Positions 12,528 through 25,462 of a DNA stretch of 64,000 nt are shown here, one piece after another. Origin of the DNA: Azolla caroliniana (lineage: Eukaryota; Plantae; Polypodiophyta). Below the pieces are notes generated by a model. It did not search any database, was not told the origin of the DNA, and was given only the letters and a program-made list of their open reading frames with translations. Both the position numbers and the translations under genes were made by a program. How positions within the stretch are numbered: position 1 is the first letter of the stretch; every line of letters begins with the position of its first letter. The stretch is taken from the NCBI GenBank assembly GCA_043228905.1, contig JBHGNT010000004.1, forward strand, positions 7,130,001 through 7,194,000, written 5' to 3'.

Positions 12528-13443
12528 CATGGTTGTTTATGTACCCGTATTTAACGTTTCAATACGTATAGTACCTCATCATTTGTATAATACGTACTAT
12601 ACCTCAATGTTGTTCAGTCAAATATCATGTACATTTGTCCAATACAGTATTTAACGTATTTATAAAAAAATTGGTATAATACGTATTTATAAAGAAAATG
12701 TAAGTAAAACCCTAACAAAAAGGAAAAGAAAAAAAAGATTTTAGTGAAAAAGAAGCCAAAGGAAGGAAGAAAGAAGAATAGAAGAGACGACGATGAAGAA
12801 GAAGAAGAAGAAGAGAGAAAAGAAGACATAAACTTGTCCTGAGTGTGATAATCGCAGTAGATAGAAGAAGAAGAAGAAGAAGAAGAAGAGAGAAAAGAAG
12901 TCTACATAAACCTGTCCTGAGTGTGATAATCGCAATAGATAGAAGAAGAAGAAGAAGAAGAAGAAGAAGAAGAAGAAAACGAAGAATAGAGAAACCTATC
13001 ATGAGTGTGATAATCGTAGAGATTCCTCAATCTATGAAGTCATAATTGTAAATAATTACAATTTGAAGTAGAACATCATGATACACACTTACACTGATTT
13101 ATAGAATAAGGGAATGTCGACATCCATATTACTACAAGTATTTTAGGATGTGAAATGTTCAAATGTCTTATATGCATTTTAGGATATAGAACTATATTAT
13201 ACATCACAAAATTGTGTAAACATAGATGTTTTTTATAATATTATAGATATTTTTTAGAAAGGTAAATAATTTTCAAATTCTAGAAGTATTTAACGTACTA
13301 TACGTATTTTACGTATTTTATAAGTATTTAAAATATTAAGAAAACGTATTTAACGCATTTTTAAATTAGAAGGTACTATACGGGTATTAATACGTTAAAT
13401 ACGTATGGTATCCGTACCGTACCTAACGTACCTAACAACCTTG
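12528..13443 (-). mobile_element. Non-autonomous hAT-type DNA transposon, copy 2, inserted in copia gag
   Basis: Perfect 8-bp TSD GTATCACC (12520-12527, 13444-13451); termini CATGGTTGTT...AACAACCTTG; one extra internal repeat unit compared with copy 1. Confidence 0.9.
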
Positions 13444-13939
13444 GTATCACCTCAATTTGTCGGCAAATGTTCAATACATCTTGTATCATCTCCTTCCATA
13501 GGGCAAAGTTCTTTCCATCGAACTTCCGGATTTCTACATTTGTGCTAGATGTAGAAACATTCTTCTAGAAGTGAGATTTTTTCTAGCTTGGTCTTTTCTT
13601 TTAGTCGTTTAGCTTCTCTTCTCAATTTTCTCTGTTTGTTGCCACAGGACAACAAGGTTGCTCTGTTACCACTTGTTGAAGATAATGTGGTGGTGGTGCA
13701 GTGGAATATGACGTTGAGGACTTGTAGTAAGATGTGTACAACAAACAACATAGAAAGATCTAGCAACAAGATAAGCAAGATAGACAAGAAGCTCTAATGG
13801 AAACTCTTATTTCTCTCTATGAGAACTCTCACTTTACAATGTTACAGTTGGGCTTATATACTCAATCCCTAACTTGGGAATGTGTTCACACTCAAGATAC
13901 AAGAGTTGGGTGGAGTCGGCCTTTTATGCCAACAAGGCC

Positions 13940-14500
13940 CTCTTGCTCCATGTTCTTGTGTTATAGAATATTGCGGCCAAGCTTAGAAGAATATTGGAAC
14001 AATTGAATAGTGCCTTACAGAGTTTTCCATCCTAGTTCCACTGGATCCCACGTCAAGTTTTTCAAGTTGTACCTTCCAAGATCCAAAATTTAGAAACTGC
14101 ATCGTTTTTATAGTTGTTTGGGTCTACTTCCCATTGTTTTTTTGCATCTAGTAAGTGCTCTAATTGGCATCCATTCCTGAAATTCTACCATTGTGGTAGA
14201 GCTCTCAACATCTGTATTAGCTCATTTAATGTCCTATATATCCCTTGTGGCATTAAAGCGCCCCAACCATTTACACCCCTCAAAGCCACGTTCTAACACA
14301 TGAGTTTCCCAAGGATACATCCATATAGCGTTTTTTATGAGTGTTATCATTTTCATCCATTTTATATTGCCAATTTCCATTATATTGTTGATTTCCGGTT
14401 GGTTCTCCAACACTTAGCCACTGTGGGCCGCCATTGCTTTTCAAGATCTGCCCAAGAAAGTCACATCCATTCCCAACATTCTACCACCATATTTGATCTT
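13940..14500 (-). pseudogene. Possible highly degenerate L1 ORF2 fragment
   Basis: Minus strand near 14030-14060 reads LTWDPVELGWK, similar to LEWDPREVWW in the L1 at 22461; boundaries uncertain. Confidence 0.3.
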
Positions 14501-14722
14501 TGAAGACAATAATAAAATCCATCTTTGTTTCATGTTAAAAATATCTCTCTTCCCGCCTTTTGATGCCATTACTTTTAAAAGTTATATGTTAGCACCTACA
14601 TTAGAGTGTTCATATAAAGATTTGATTCAAAATGTGGACATACCTCCTACTAAAGCATTTGTTGGTTAATAGTGATATACTAAATAGAAATGTCATGAAA
14701 TGGAATTTTGACTATAGACAGA

Positions 14723-15266
14723 TGTTAGAATTGGCCGGTCACAACTGGTTTCACGTTCGTTTGCAGGTGCAAAGAAACGCGCGAGATAGATACACAGACA
14801 GAAGACGACATAACAAAACGAAAAACAGAGACACAATATCTAATGTGGAAAACCCGAAAGGGAAAAACCACGGAAGTCTTCGAACTCTGAACTAGATCAC
14901 TATAAGGGGAGGGGTACAACGAGAAGCTCCAAGATAACAACCTTAAGCTCTCGTTTGTCACACAAACGGTTGAAAAGTTACTCACTCTCACTCTCTCTCG
15001 CTATCTCTCACCCTTACACAGTTATAGAGGCAACTACCTTCTGTGTAACTATACAATAACATGCACTACTAACCATAAAGTTGCCATAGTTGTATTTATA
15101 CATATACAACTTTTTGGCTATTTACATACATATCCCACAAGGGGCACATTTAGACTATTTACATATATGGTCTCCCGATTTTGGTTTCGGCCTCGGCCAA
15201 AATACTTATTGACTCCATCCGATTCGGTTCGTTCTCTTCCTATCCGGTGGGACATGTTTCCCAACA
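14723..15266 (-). mobile_element. Solo LTR related to the LTR at 1383-1993
   Basis: TGTTAG...CCCAACA termini; TSD ACAGA/ATAGA (one transition); shares the GTGGAAAACCC..GGAAAAACCACGG block with ~1514-1543. Confidence 0.8.
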
Positions 15267-16050
15267 ATAGATTCTTGCAAATCATATCTTTGTTAGTACT
15301 CATACACTAAAGAAAAATGTCACTAGTAGAGAACGATCGGCTTAAATCAAATTGATCCTTGTTTATGTAGAAGTAGGGTATTTTTCCAAGCAATATTTTC
15401 AATTGTAATATCAACAATCGTTATTGTTACGTATGTATATATAAATGTCAACCAAGTTAACTAGATTGTCTTGCTTTTCTTTACTGATCACACGAGCTTC
15501 CCTTCCAATGTTAATGATTTTTCCCTATTGCAAATATTTCTGGTTGATCATCTACACAAATGAAATTTGCTTGCCATTTTAGTGAATACAAAGACATATT
15601 TGATGGTCCTTTTTTCAATTAATTTATTTTGCTTCAATAGAATCTTGTACTTATCAATATTGCATCTTGGAATATATATTCATCAAGCTACAAGATATTT
15701 CAACACGAAGCTGCCACTGTGTTTGTTGCTCCTCCATTCACTAAAAGTGTCCCGGCTCTTTAAAATTTCTTCATTTTGATAACAACATATAACATAATAG
15801 TGTAATATAATACACAAAAATGAGAGACTTTTCAAGGGACATGCTAATTATAAAGGAGACCGTGTAAGCTACCTTTTCTTCTCTCTTTGCTTTTAGACAT
15901 AAATGAATACGAATGGACACAACTTTTTTTTTAAAAGTAAAGAAAGTTGTGGATACTTTAGATATTGTTGATGCTCAATGATGGTAGCTTTGTTGCACAA
16001 GCTTTTGATGATCCTTTTTCAATCCCTCCTAAAAATGAGTGGTAACTTGT

Positions 16051-16207
16051 TTGTGTTGTGGAAGTGTTCTAATTTTGCATGTGTTTCAATGATAGACTTG
16101 TGGAAGTGTTCTAACCATTGATGATATTTGTGTTGTGGAGGTGTTCTAATTTTGCATGTGTTTCAATGATAGACTTGTGGAAGTGTTCTAACCATTGATG
16201 ATATTTC
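16051..16207. repeat. ~77-bp tandem duplication downstream of the RLK
   Basis: TTGTGTTGTGGARGTGTTCTAATTTTGCATG...CCATTGATGATATTT occurs twice. Confidence 0.75.
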
Positions 16208-16608
16208 AATGCCAGAATTGTACAAGTTTAGTTTTTTGGTTTTGTAGGCATTATGTGTTTAATTTGCCAATTTATGGAAGGATCTAATGATTTACTTTGT
16301 TTCAAAGTTACAAACGTTGATGATTTGTTTGATCTAGTTGTGTAAACATCATGGATTAACGCATTGCAACTCTGGTGCATCATCAAATCTACACAATAAA
16401 GCCTCCCTTATTTTGTTGGTACTTCCATAGAAAGAAAAAGGAGAGATGCAAATAATAATTAATATAAATGAGGATGAGCTATATTCATTTTAAAAATTAC
16501 CCTTTTTCTTGAAATTGTAATACTTTGTGTTATTATAATTTCGTTACTTTTCTCTTTCACAACAAATGTTGTTGAAACACAATAGCCATTTGGATCTATG
16601 ATAAGGAC

Positions 16609-17018
16609 TCACCTAGGATCTATAAGGCAATCGACATTGTCCAAGAAATTTGTAGATATAGCATGACTATCATGTGAAAGGTTGGATCTAAACATGAGGA
16701 TAAGTGCTTCACGAACAAGTTTCATAGTTGGTCGATCTTTGGGTATTCGGCTACTACAACGGATGCCCATCTCAATCACTTTGGCCGCCTCATCCCACAC
16801 AGATGTGTCCATTTTAGCGGCTTCTCGTACTGATCCATCCACGATATCGGACACCTTCCCATTCTTTAAACTTGTTTGTGCCCACATGTGAATATTGCTC
16901 ATTCCTGCCTCGTAGAGATGCGTGCTCGTTGGTCTCATCCCAGTTACCAGCTCAAGTAATAACACCCCATAGCTATACACATCTGCCTTTGTTGTTATCC
17001 TCGACCCTGTTGCATTCT
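16609..17018 (-). CDS. LRR receptor-like kinase exon 2 (kinase subdomains IX-XI)
   Basis: AG acceptor at 17020-17019; splicing gives [29 protein letters not shown]...RPTM; TGA ends at 16609. Confidence 0.92.
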
Positions 17019-17842
17019 CTGCGTGTACAAATTTACATTTTTAGTGGTGTTCTGGGAATCAAAAGGAAAATAATTATCTGATCTTTGTTTCTTATCTATA
17101 CCTCATGAAAAGTTTTTTTAGCTTGTGAATACATATTGATATGACTTATCTTTTAATGATTTCAAAAAAGATTTCATGGAAGGAAGTCTTTATTTGTTTA
17201 TAAGGCACTCAAAATTATCTACAAAGTAGTGTTAATAGGTGACAAAAGTAATGTTGTGGATGAGATTAATAATAAAATAATTACAATGGGGTCACAAAGA
17301 GGTGGATGGGTGAGTGTGGTTAACCTACTAAAATTTTCATAAACAAAAGCTTGCTTGGGCTCATGGCTAGATCAAACGCATTTGAAAACCAAAGCCGGAT
17401 GGCCAACTAAAGGCTTTGTGATAGACTATAGCTTTATTCATCGGTTGGCCAGCCATTTACATGTTGAAATATATGTGTCAACATGTATTTTTTTCTCTTT
17501 CAATTATTTGTTGATAGGTGTTCTAGTCAGTGCATCTACTAGATAAATGTGAATCTAATCGAAGGTTCAATTGACACTAGATAGGCATAAAGATGTAAAA
17601 AGCATGTTGAGTTAAATAGATGTGTACCATTCACATTTGTAGGACAATGAAGCTTAACTTTCTATCTCTAGTCTAATGATTTTGTATCTACATTGTATGC
17701 TTGTTGGAAAAGAAATTCCTTTTCCACGGTCCCCAAGTAGTACACTAGAACACTTGCCTCTATAAAGTCTCTCTCAAAAGAGCATTGTGTTTGCCACTCT
17801 TGAGATAGAGAGTACACTTGTTCTTGTCGTGTAATGAAATGC

Positions 17843-18030
17843 TACATTAGCAATAGACAATCTTCTAGTGGGAAATGGCTATCGAGTATTCTCCAAAGGC
17901 AATAAAGTGTCGATTAGATTGCATTTCCAGCTAAGATTGTTTACATTAACAATAGACAATCTTCTAGTTGGAAATGGCTATAGAGTATTCTCCAAAGGCA
18001 GTCAAAGTGTCAATTAGATTGCATTTCCAA
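17843..18030. repeat. ~99-bp tandem duplication in the RLK intron
   Basis: TACATTARCAATAGACAATCTTCTAGT..GAAATGGCTAT at ~17843 and ~17942. Confidence 0.7.
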
Positions 18031-18336
18031 CCAAGCTCCTGAATATCGGAGTTTATGATCTAGCATTGCAAACTTCTCTAAAGAAGGTAGGGCAATCCTT
18101 GTTAGGTGATGGCATGTTGTTGGTCACCCATGGACGTAGCTACGTAACATTTCGGCTTGCCTAAAGGATATCATGATATTGGAACACTAAGTGAGCAAAA
18201 AACATGATAATGATAGTGTGCCCCTTCCTACATGGGAAAAATATCAAGAAACCATCATCACCATCTTATGATTAATCATGCCTTGTCGAAAAATGGGAAA
18301 GTTAAAATTATTGCTCATATATATATATAACCCTAC

Positions 18337-21301
18337 CTGGAGCAACATAGCCGAAGCTCCCTCTCAAGTTAGTGATGGTCATGCCTCCATTGTCATCATG
18401 TTCGAGGAGTTTCGCGATACCAAAGTCAGCAATTTTGGCCACCGTGTTGGGTCCTCCTAGCAATATATTCTTTGGCTTTATATCGCAATGGATGACCGGT
18501 TGCACGGATTCGTGATGCAAATACACAAGACCTTCAGCAACGTCCAAAGCCACATTTTTCCGGTCTTGCCAACTAAGTAGACTCTTCGACCCCACACCAT
18601 CTTCTTCGGAGGAATGCAAATGTTCGTCAAGATCACCTCCTGCCATGTACTCCATTACCAACGCCTCGTGTTTCACATCGGGACAATACCCCAACACTTT
18701 CACGAGGTTTCTATGCCTCATTTTGCACACGGCCATGAGCTCATTCATGAAGCTTCTCTTCGCCTCCTTCTTGTCGGGGCCCTTCATAGCGAGTCTCTTA
18801 ACGACAACTATCAAATCATCGTGGGCCCCAAACTTGTCCCTAATCACTCCTCTGTAGCATGTGCTCGTGCCCCCGACCCCAATGATATTGGCCGCATCGA
18901 ACCCATTTGTCATAGCCCTAATATCTTTTGCTCTCCATATTTTGAATTGTTGCTTCATCTCGATGTGGCCGTAGGAGTCGGGAGAGTCCTCCCCGGCCGG
19001 TCGACCAATGGAGCTGATATAACCATAGTGATACAAGGTAGCCAAAAGTAGTAGCAAAACTACAGCAATTGGCACACATACAGATATAGCTATGACCATT
19101 GTTAGCTTCTTGGAGAGGGGATTTTGGGAGGGATTACTATTAGTACAGGGTGTATTGAGTAGGGGGTAACCACAAAGGCCAGGATTTCCAATCAGTGATG
19201 ATGCAGATGAGTTCTTATAGATCTCAATATCAGGTATTGCCCCTTGGAAATGATTGTAGGAGAAATTGACATAGATGAGATTGGTGAGGTTCTGAAGGTA
19301 TGAGGGCAGTGAGCCCGACAGATTGTTTTGTGACACATCGAGATAGATGAGGCCGAGCAAACTATCGAAATTGGAAGGAATCTCTCCCTCTAGCATGTTC
19401 ATGGATAGGTTCAAGTCCTGCAAACCTAGGCAATCTCCAAGAGCTTCTGGTATTTGGCCCATAAACATGTTGTATGCTAAGTTCAGCTCCTGCAACATCT
19501 GCATTCTGCCCAGAGAAGAAGGGATGTGGCCCGATAAATTGTTGAAGGAGAGATCGAGTGTCCGAGTAATCGTCGAGAGGCCAGCCAATGAGGCCGGGAT
19601 CGTCCCGTTGAACATGTTCCCAGAGAGGTTCAAGATATCTAACCCATCCATTTCACCGAAGATATCCGGTATTTCGCCATACAGACCATTATATTGTAAA
19701 GAGAGATGATTCAAGGACACAATCTGAGAAAAGGTCTCCGGGATGGTGCCTGAGAGCTGATTATATGACAAATCCATGACAGAGAGGGAAGAGCAACTGG
19801 ATAATGCCGCAGGGATTTGACCCTCCAAACTGTTTCCTTGCAGTTGAATGCCTTGAAGCGTCTTCAATCGGCCGAGCCCCAGAGGGATCGGCCCATAGAA
19901 ATGGTTAAAACTGAGGTCCAGATTCGAAAGGGAAGACAGTAGTCCAACTTCCTCAGATAAGGTTCCCGAGAATTCGGCCGAATCGAGGTAGAGCTCGAGC
20001 AAAGTGCTTAGGTTAAACAAAGAATGGGGTAACGATCCTCCAACTGATGTACTGTCCAAAGCCAAACGCTGAATGTTGGAGCATCTCCCGATCGAATCCG
20101 GGATAGTTCCCGAAAGCCTGTGATTGTTAGTGAAGGAGAGCCATATGGCCGTCTGGAAAGCCCCGATTTCGTCCGGAACATGACCGGATAGGTCGTTGTA
20201 TCCGGCTTTCAAGTAGATCAATCTCGTGCAATTCACGATCGAAGGGGGCACAGTGCCATTCAGTCCGTTCTTGAAGATCCGTAGCTCTTCCAAGAATGCG
20301 AGGTTTCCGAAGGAGGATGGGATCGGCCCGCTGAGGAGGTTCTTGGACACATCGAAATAGGTTAAAGGCAAAGAAGAATTGCCAAGAGAGGAGGGGATAG
20401 AGCCTGTGAAGCCATTGTTTTGGAGCTTGAGTATTTGCAGGGCCGGGGCGTGAGGGGTCCAATCGAGGGGCAAAGGTCCCGAGAGGAGGTTATGGGAGAG
20501 ATCGAGGGATCGAAGGCTGGAACAGTTAGCGAAGGTGGAGGCTTGGATGGGTCCCGAGAGGCCGGCATCGTGAAGGTGGAAGACCTGAAGCTTAGAGCAA
20601 AGCCTGTCAAAGGAAAGGGGCAAACCTGTAGTGATGGCGTTGGCTGAGAGATCAAGGAAGGTGAGAGAGGAGAAGTTTGTGAGCAAAGTAGGGAAAGGGG
20701 AGGAGAAGGAGTTAAAGCTGAGATCAAGGTACTGAAGGGTCAAGGAGGAAGAGGCCGAGCAGTTAGGGGGTATGTAAGCTTTAATGGATCCTGTGAACAA
20801 GTTATGGCTGAGATCCAGGTGAGTGAGGCTACTGCAGAGGATGTTAGTTGCTGCTGGGATCATGTCAGCATCGCCTCCGTCCAGAATGTGGCCATGGAAG
20901 CTATTGTTAGAGATGTTAAGGAAGGTGAGATGTGGGGAGAGAGATACAAGTGCAGAGGTAGTGAGGGTGCCTTGCAACCCTAGAGAAACTAGGGTTATGG
21001 AGGTCACAACATCCAGATATCCATTGCTGCCATGGCCATCAAGATCGCATATGGTGGTGTTACATCGGATTCCTGGCCAAGTGCAGTAGTTGGGGTAATC
21101 AGGGGAGGTGTGGTTGCTGCTGACCCAGAGATCTAAGGATCCGGTAGGGTCTGATGTGATCCCATCTTTGAATGCCATTAGTGAGGAGTGGATGACATGT
21201 GTGTGATTGCAGCTAATGCTGCTGCTGCTGCTGCTGCTGCCATAAGCGTAAGGCGCCATGGTCATCATCATCAGAAGCACAATCATCATCATCATCATCA
21301 T
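18337..21301 (-). CDS. LRR receptor-like Ser/Thr kinase exon 1, non-RD, LRR-XII-like (FLS2/EFR/XA21-type architecture)
   Basis: Signal-peptide-like N-terminus, LRRNT (CTWPGIRC), about 20+ plant-specific LRRs, GNPGLCG cap, TM helix, kinase motifs VVVKRL, HRNLVK, HCDIKPKN, DFG, GYVAP; GT donor at 18336 in the conserved G|AG position; 1318-bp intron. Confidence 0.95.
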
Positions 21302-21339
21302 CAGAAACCCTAAAAAATGATGATGATGATGATGATGAT
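21282..21339 (-). promoter_or_regulatory. Inverted (CAT)n/(ATG)n microsatellite hairpin over the RLK start codons, with a telo-box-like loop
   Basis: A(TCA)7 at 21282-21303 is the exact reverse complement of (TGA)7T at 21318-21339; the loop contains AAACCCTA. Confidence 0.55.
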
Positions 21340-22334
21340 GATGCAGGATTTGAGGAGAAGAGGGATGGTTGAGGCAGTAGGAGCAGAGATTCGCATCCTT
21401 TCGATTCTTTTTCGATTGCAGGAGATGAGCAAATCAGGATAATCATGAATGCGTGGAAACCATCAATCCATGGCGGCCAAGGATGTGGTAGCAGGGTGTC
21501 CAAAAGGATATATGTAATGTAATGTATACAGTATACATATTACAGATAGAGAAGAAGAAGACGAAGACGAGTGTCACACTCCCAAAAATTGACCTGTATT
21601 CCTTTTCTTCCATACAAAGTACAATAGACATCCTTTAAAACAAACATACACAGTGGCCTTAATTTAAATTTGACGGGTTAGTATCAAAAAGTTTTTCTGA
21701 CGGACATTTTTTAAAGATGTATGTCATACCATATCTCATAAGATTTGCAAAAAACTAGCATGTCATTTCAATTTGACATACTAGTTTTAAAAAATGAAAA
21801 TCTCTATATATAATACTACATTGTTATTATAGATGTCATTACTATAACACAAAGATACACAAATCAGCATAACTACCTCACAAAGATAATGAAATACATA
21901 AAATAAATATCGTGTAAAGTTATTTTTTTTTAGAAAAGAGTTTTCTTTTTTGAAAAAAAGAAGGAAATCAGAGTACGTAATATACTCGAATGAATAGACG
22001 AACATTCTTTTTTATATGAATGCAAACGAATGCGTATGTTATCAAACATTCTTATGTTTTTATTATTATACATTTTACCTTAACTTTCTGACCTTGAAAA
22101 TTGTTTTACCTTAAAATAAATAATGGATACAAAAGTATGGTATTTACCATACCTCAAGGGTGTTTATCATACTCGAATGAAGGAAATGTTTTTGAAAAAA
22201 GAGGCTATTTTTTTGGAAAAAACAGAGGTTATTTTGGGAAAAAAAGTGGTTATTTTTTTAGAAAAAAGGTTATTTTATCGAAAAAAAAAGGTTAATAAAA
22301 AAATTAAGTTTTAACTTAAAACTTAAAACATTAA

Positions 22335-23781
22335 CAGAAAAAATATTTGCCATGGGGCCGCATGTTAGGGTACAATGTTAGTTCAGTAAGAGAGTGGGAT
22401 GTTTTCAAAATGAAGAGGAGGGAGGGTCAGTTTGGTAGCATTTCTTGAGGGCTTGAGAAGGTGACCCAACTGATAAATAAGGCTGTTGATGGTCTAGATA
22501 GGTTGGATAAGGAAGAGGGGGTCTGGTCTGGGTGGTTTGTAGGTGAGAGTGATGGACAAATTATCCGTGGCAAGTGTCCATCTAATGAATATCGTTTGTG
22601 GGGAAACCTAAGTGCTTTGTCCGACAATGGTCAGTGGTTGGCAGTGCGGGTGGCAGTGTTGGAAGGTAAGAAGTGGCAATTAAACCCAGACCCAGGGAAG
22701 CTAGATAATGATTGTAAACTATGGCTATTGGACAACAAGCCTCTACATGATTTGGAGTGGGATCCACGAGAGGTATGGTGGCAAAAACCGGGAACGAACA
22801 AACTGGTGGGGTTTTTTGATTATAGTACTAAGCTCGGAAGGCAAATCATTGGCTCCAAATCAGTGGGTGCTGCTCAAACTCACAATAGTTGGAGGGATAA
22901 AGGCATATCAGATGACTTGTTGAAGTCGTTTTGGCGGAGACTATGGGCATCTGATATGCCAGAAAAAATCAAGGTGTGGTTTTGGCTTCTTAGTCATAAG
23001 GCGTTACCGGTAGGGGAGTGGATGAGGTCTCGTGGTGGGGAGGCTGGTTGCCTGTTATGTGGTCACTCTTTGGAATCGATACCTCACTGTTTTTGGAATT
23101 GTGCAGAGGCAATCAGCATTTGGGGTCGAAGTCTCAGGATAGTGGCAACATGCGGGGTGAATGGGAGAGTTGTGTGGGGGTCCTTACAGGGTTTGAAACT
23201 AACTAAGGAAGGTTGGGCGGAACAATTAAATCCACATGGTCATGGTTTTATATTGCAGGGCGGCAGTGTATTCAAAAGTGTTGGAGTAGAACCTGGTACA
23301 AACTCTGGTTTTTTTGAGGAGATATGGATGTTGGTGGCATGCTTCTCGGTCTAGCACATTTGGACCAGACGATGTATGTTTGTTTTTCAGCAACGAAAAC
23401 TCCCAAGCGGTGAGGTGTTGCTAAACATTTGGTTCGAGCTGGTATCTTGGCTGTGCGGACAGTACAACTCAATTGAAGGGAACTCGGATGCAGTAGACAG
23501 GGCTCGCTCAAAGTTTTTGCTGAAATGGGGTCGCTCTCCTATGATGGTTAATTCAGCGTCTGGTCCTAAATGGAATTACCAAGCATCAAGATGGCTGTTT
23601 CCGCCATTGGCTTCGTTGTGAATATGTGGTCACCATGGTGGTCACTATGTAAAAAGAGGCAGTGGGTTACTCTTGTTGTAAATAGTTAGGTGAGGATTAT
23701 GCTGTTTTGATTATGGCTGTTCTTCGATGTAATTCTTTTGCTAACTAATGGGAAGTAGTGTTTTTTTTGGAAAAAAAAAAA
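22335..23781 (+). mobile_element. 5'-truncated L1 LINE (ORF2 C-terminus with zf-RVT)
   Basis: Peptide LWASDMPEKIKVWFW...CLLCGHSLESIPHCFWNC; poly(A) 23771-23785; TSD AAAACTTAAAACATTAA (22318-22334, 23782-23798) at a TT|AAAA site. Confidence 0.9.
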
Positions 23782-23906
23782 AAAACTTAAAACATTAAAA
23801 TCAAACCTAAAGTTTACACTCTAAGTAGAGTATTTAATAAAGGTTATTGTTTAAAATTTCAATCAAATTTAAATTAATAAGCATGTTATAAAAAAACATA
23901 TAATAT

Positions 23907-25116
23907 TGTGGGATCGCGTGGTAAAACCACATGGCTAAACCCCTCACCTAACCCAAGTAACTATAACCAAGGTTAGGAGAGTTATACCTTAGTTTAGTTA
24001 GGGGTTAGTTAGAGGTAACTAGAGGACTAACTATAAGCATGCCAAGATAACATAAGGTATCTTGGAATGTACTAAGAAACTCTATAAAGGAGTTAAGATG
24101 TAATGGAAGAAGGGAAGAGAGTTTGAGGCATTTCACAAACTTAGCCGATCCTGTAGAGTGCAATTCCTCGTATCAAGAATGATCTGATTTGTTTTGGGGC
24201 ACAAGTTTCTATGCACCACGATTCCTTGATCCAATTACTTAGGAGTAATCGAAGGTGTTCTTCATGAGGGAGCAACACAATTTGGCATGCCCGATTCACA
24301 GCGAATAATGCGTAAGAAACGCCCAGTCGTTGTAATGGTGCCTCCTCGGAACACACGCACTCGGCCAACGCCTCGACGTGCCGAACCAGTAGACAACACT
24401 ACCGACTCAACTCTCATAGAGCAATCGTCGCCACCGAAATTGGACGCCCAATCAGTTGTAGGTCACGACCCCGCCTTGCCTAACAATCCCTCCGAAGTCA
24501 ACCAACCCACAGATAAACTTTTTCCGGTGATACCAAAAGACCCCAACTTCGACACGATGTCGTATTCGTATTCGAGATATACAGATGGCGTTGATGTAGA
24601 GATGCATGTTAGATCCTTTTTAACCACATGGCAAGCAAACCATGTGTCACAGTGATTGGCCGTTCTGGATGCCGAAACATTGAAAATCACGGAGTTCAGC
24701 TTGTCCCTCGATGGGCAAGTTGCACACTGGTACTCCCAACACGATTTGGGGGAGTTTTGCTTCCTTTCAAGCCGTCTGCGATCATTTCATCCGACTATTC
24801 CATCGATAGATACCCAAGAGGGAACTACTCAGCGACTTCTATGCAATCGCGTAGACGCCTCACAAAACGATCCCACAATTTACGATTCGATTTCAGAACC
24901 TCTATCATAAGCTAACTTAGGAAATCTCGGCTGGCAACCTGAAAGACACCTTCCTTGCGGTCCTCCGTGAGCCCCTTCGAACCACTTTAGCTCTTGTTGA
25001 CTTCTCTCAACAAATGATCGAGCAAGTGGTCGATTGTGTCCTAGAAATGGATAGGGCCCAAAACATCAGCTCCTTCTCCATGAGCTCCCTCCAAGCCGCT
25101 TTACCAACAACTGAAG
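23907..25116 (+). mobile_element. Non-chromoviral gypsy 'Gypsy-Y' copy 1: 5' LTR, PBS and degenerate gag
   Basis: LTR ~23907-24279 ending AACACA; PBS TGGCATGCCCG at 24283; gag peptide YSRYTDGVDVEMHVRSFLTTWQANH is homologous to ORF 51286. Confidence 0.75.
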
Positions 25117-25462
25117 TGTTGAACGAGCAGGCTCAACCGGGTCCGGATCGGCTGAATAAGCCAGAGCCGGATGGGTATTCGGAACGGAGAATCAGATTAG
25201 TGTTCAGATGATATCCGGAACCAGGACCCGGATCGGAGAGCCGGATCGGAATGAAACCAGTAGGCCATTAGAGGCCTACGGATCTAGCCTAGTATGTAGG
25301 GATATTTTTGGGAGTCAGTGACAGTCGCTCGTATGAGCATTGAAGTACTTGTCAGTACTTCTGTCAGTCCTTTATGGACTTGTATAAAAGTGCTCTCTAA
25401 GCACATTCTATGTACACAGAGTTTTAGAATATTTTTTGAATAGAGTTTATGTTCTCTCTCTC

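Larger units (their letters stand above)
7561..13934 (-). mobile_element. Full-length degenerate Ty1/copia element with 261-bp LTRs
   Basis: LTRs 7561-7821 and 13674-13934; TSD AGGCC (7556-7560, 13935-13939); PBS TGGTAACAGAGC 13671-13660; PPT next to 7822; gag, GAG-pre-integrase, integrase, RT and RNase H fragments in copia order with many stops. Confidence 0.92.

Noticed and set aside
18308-21301. 997-aa ORF as a complete, truncated-kinase protein
   Set aside because: The ORF reads into an intron; the GT-AG splice to 17018 restores a full kinase domain.
21640-22317. AT-rich segment with repeated TTTTTNGAAAAAA motifs as a MITE
   Set aside because: I could not define TIRs or a TSD.
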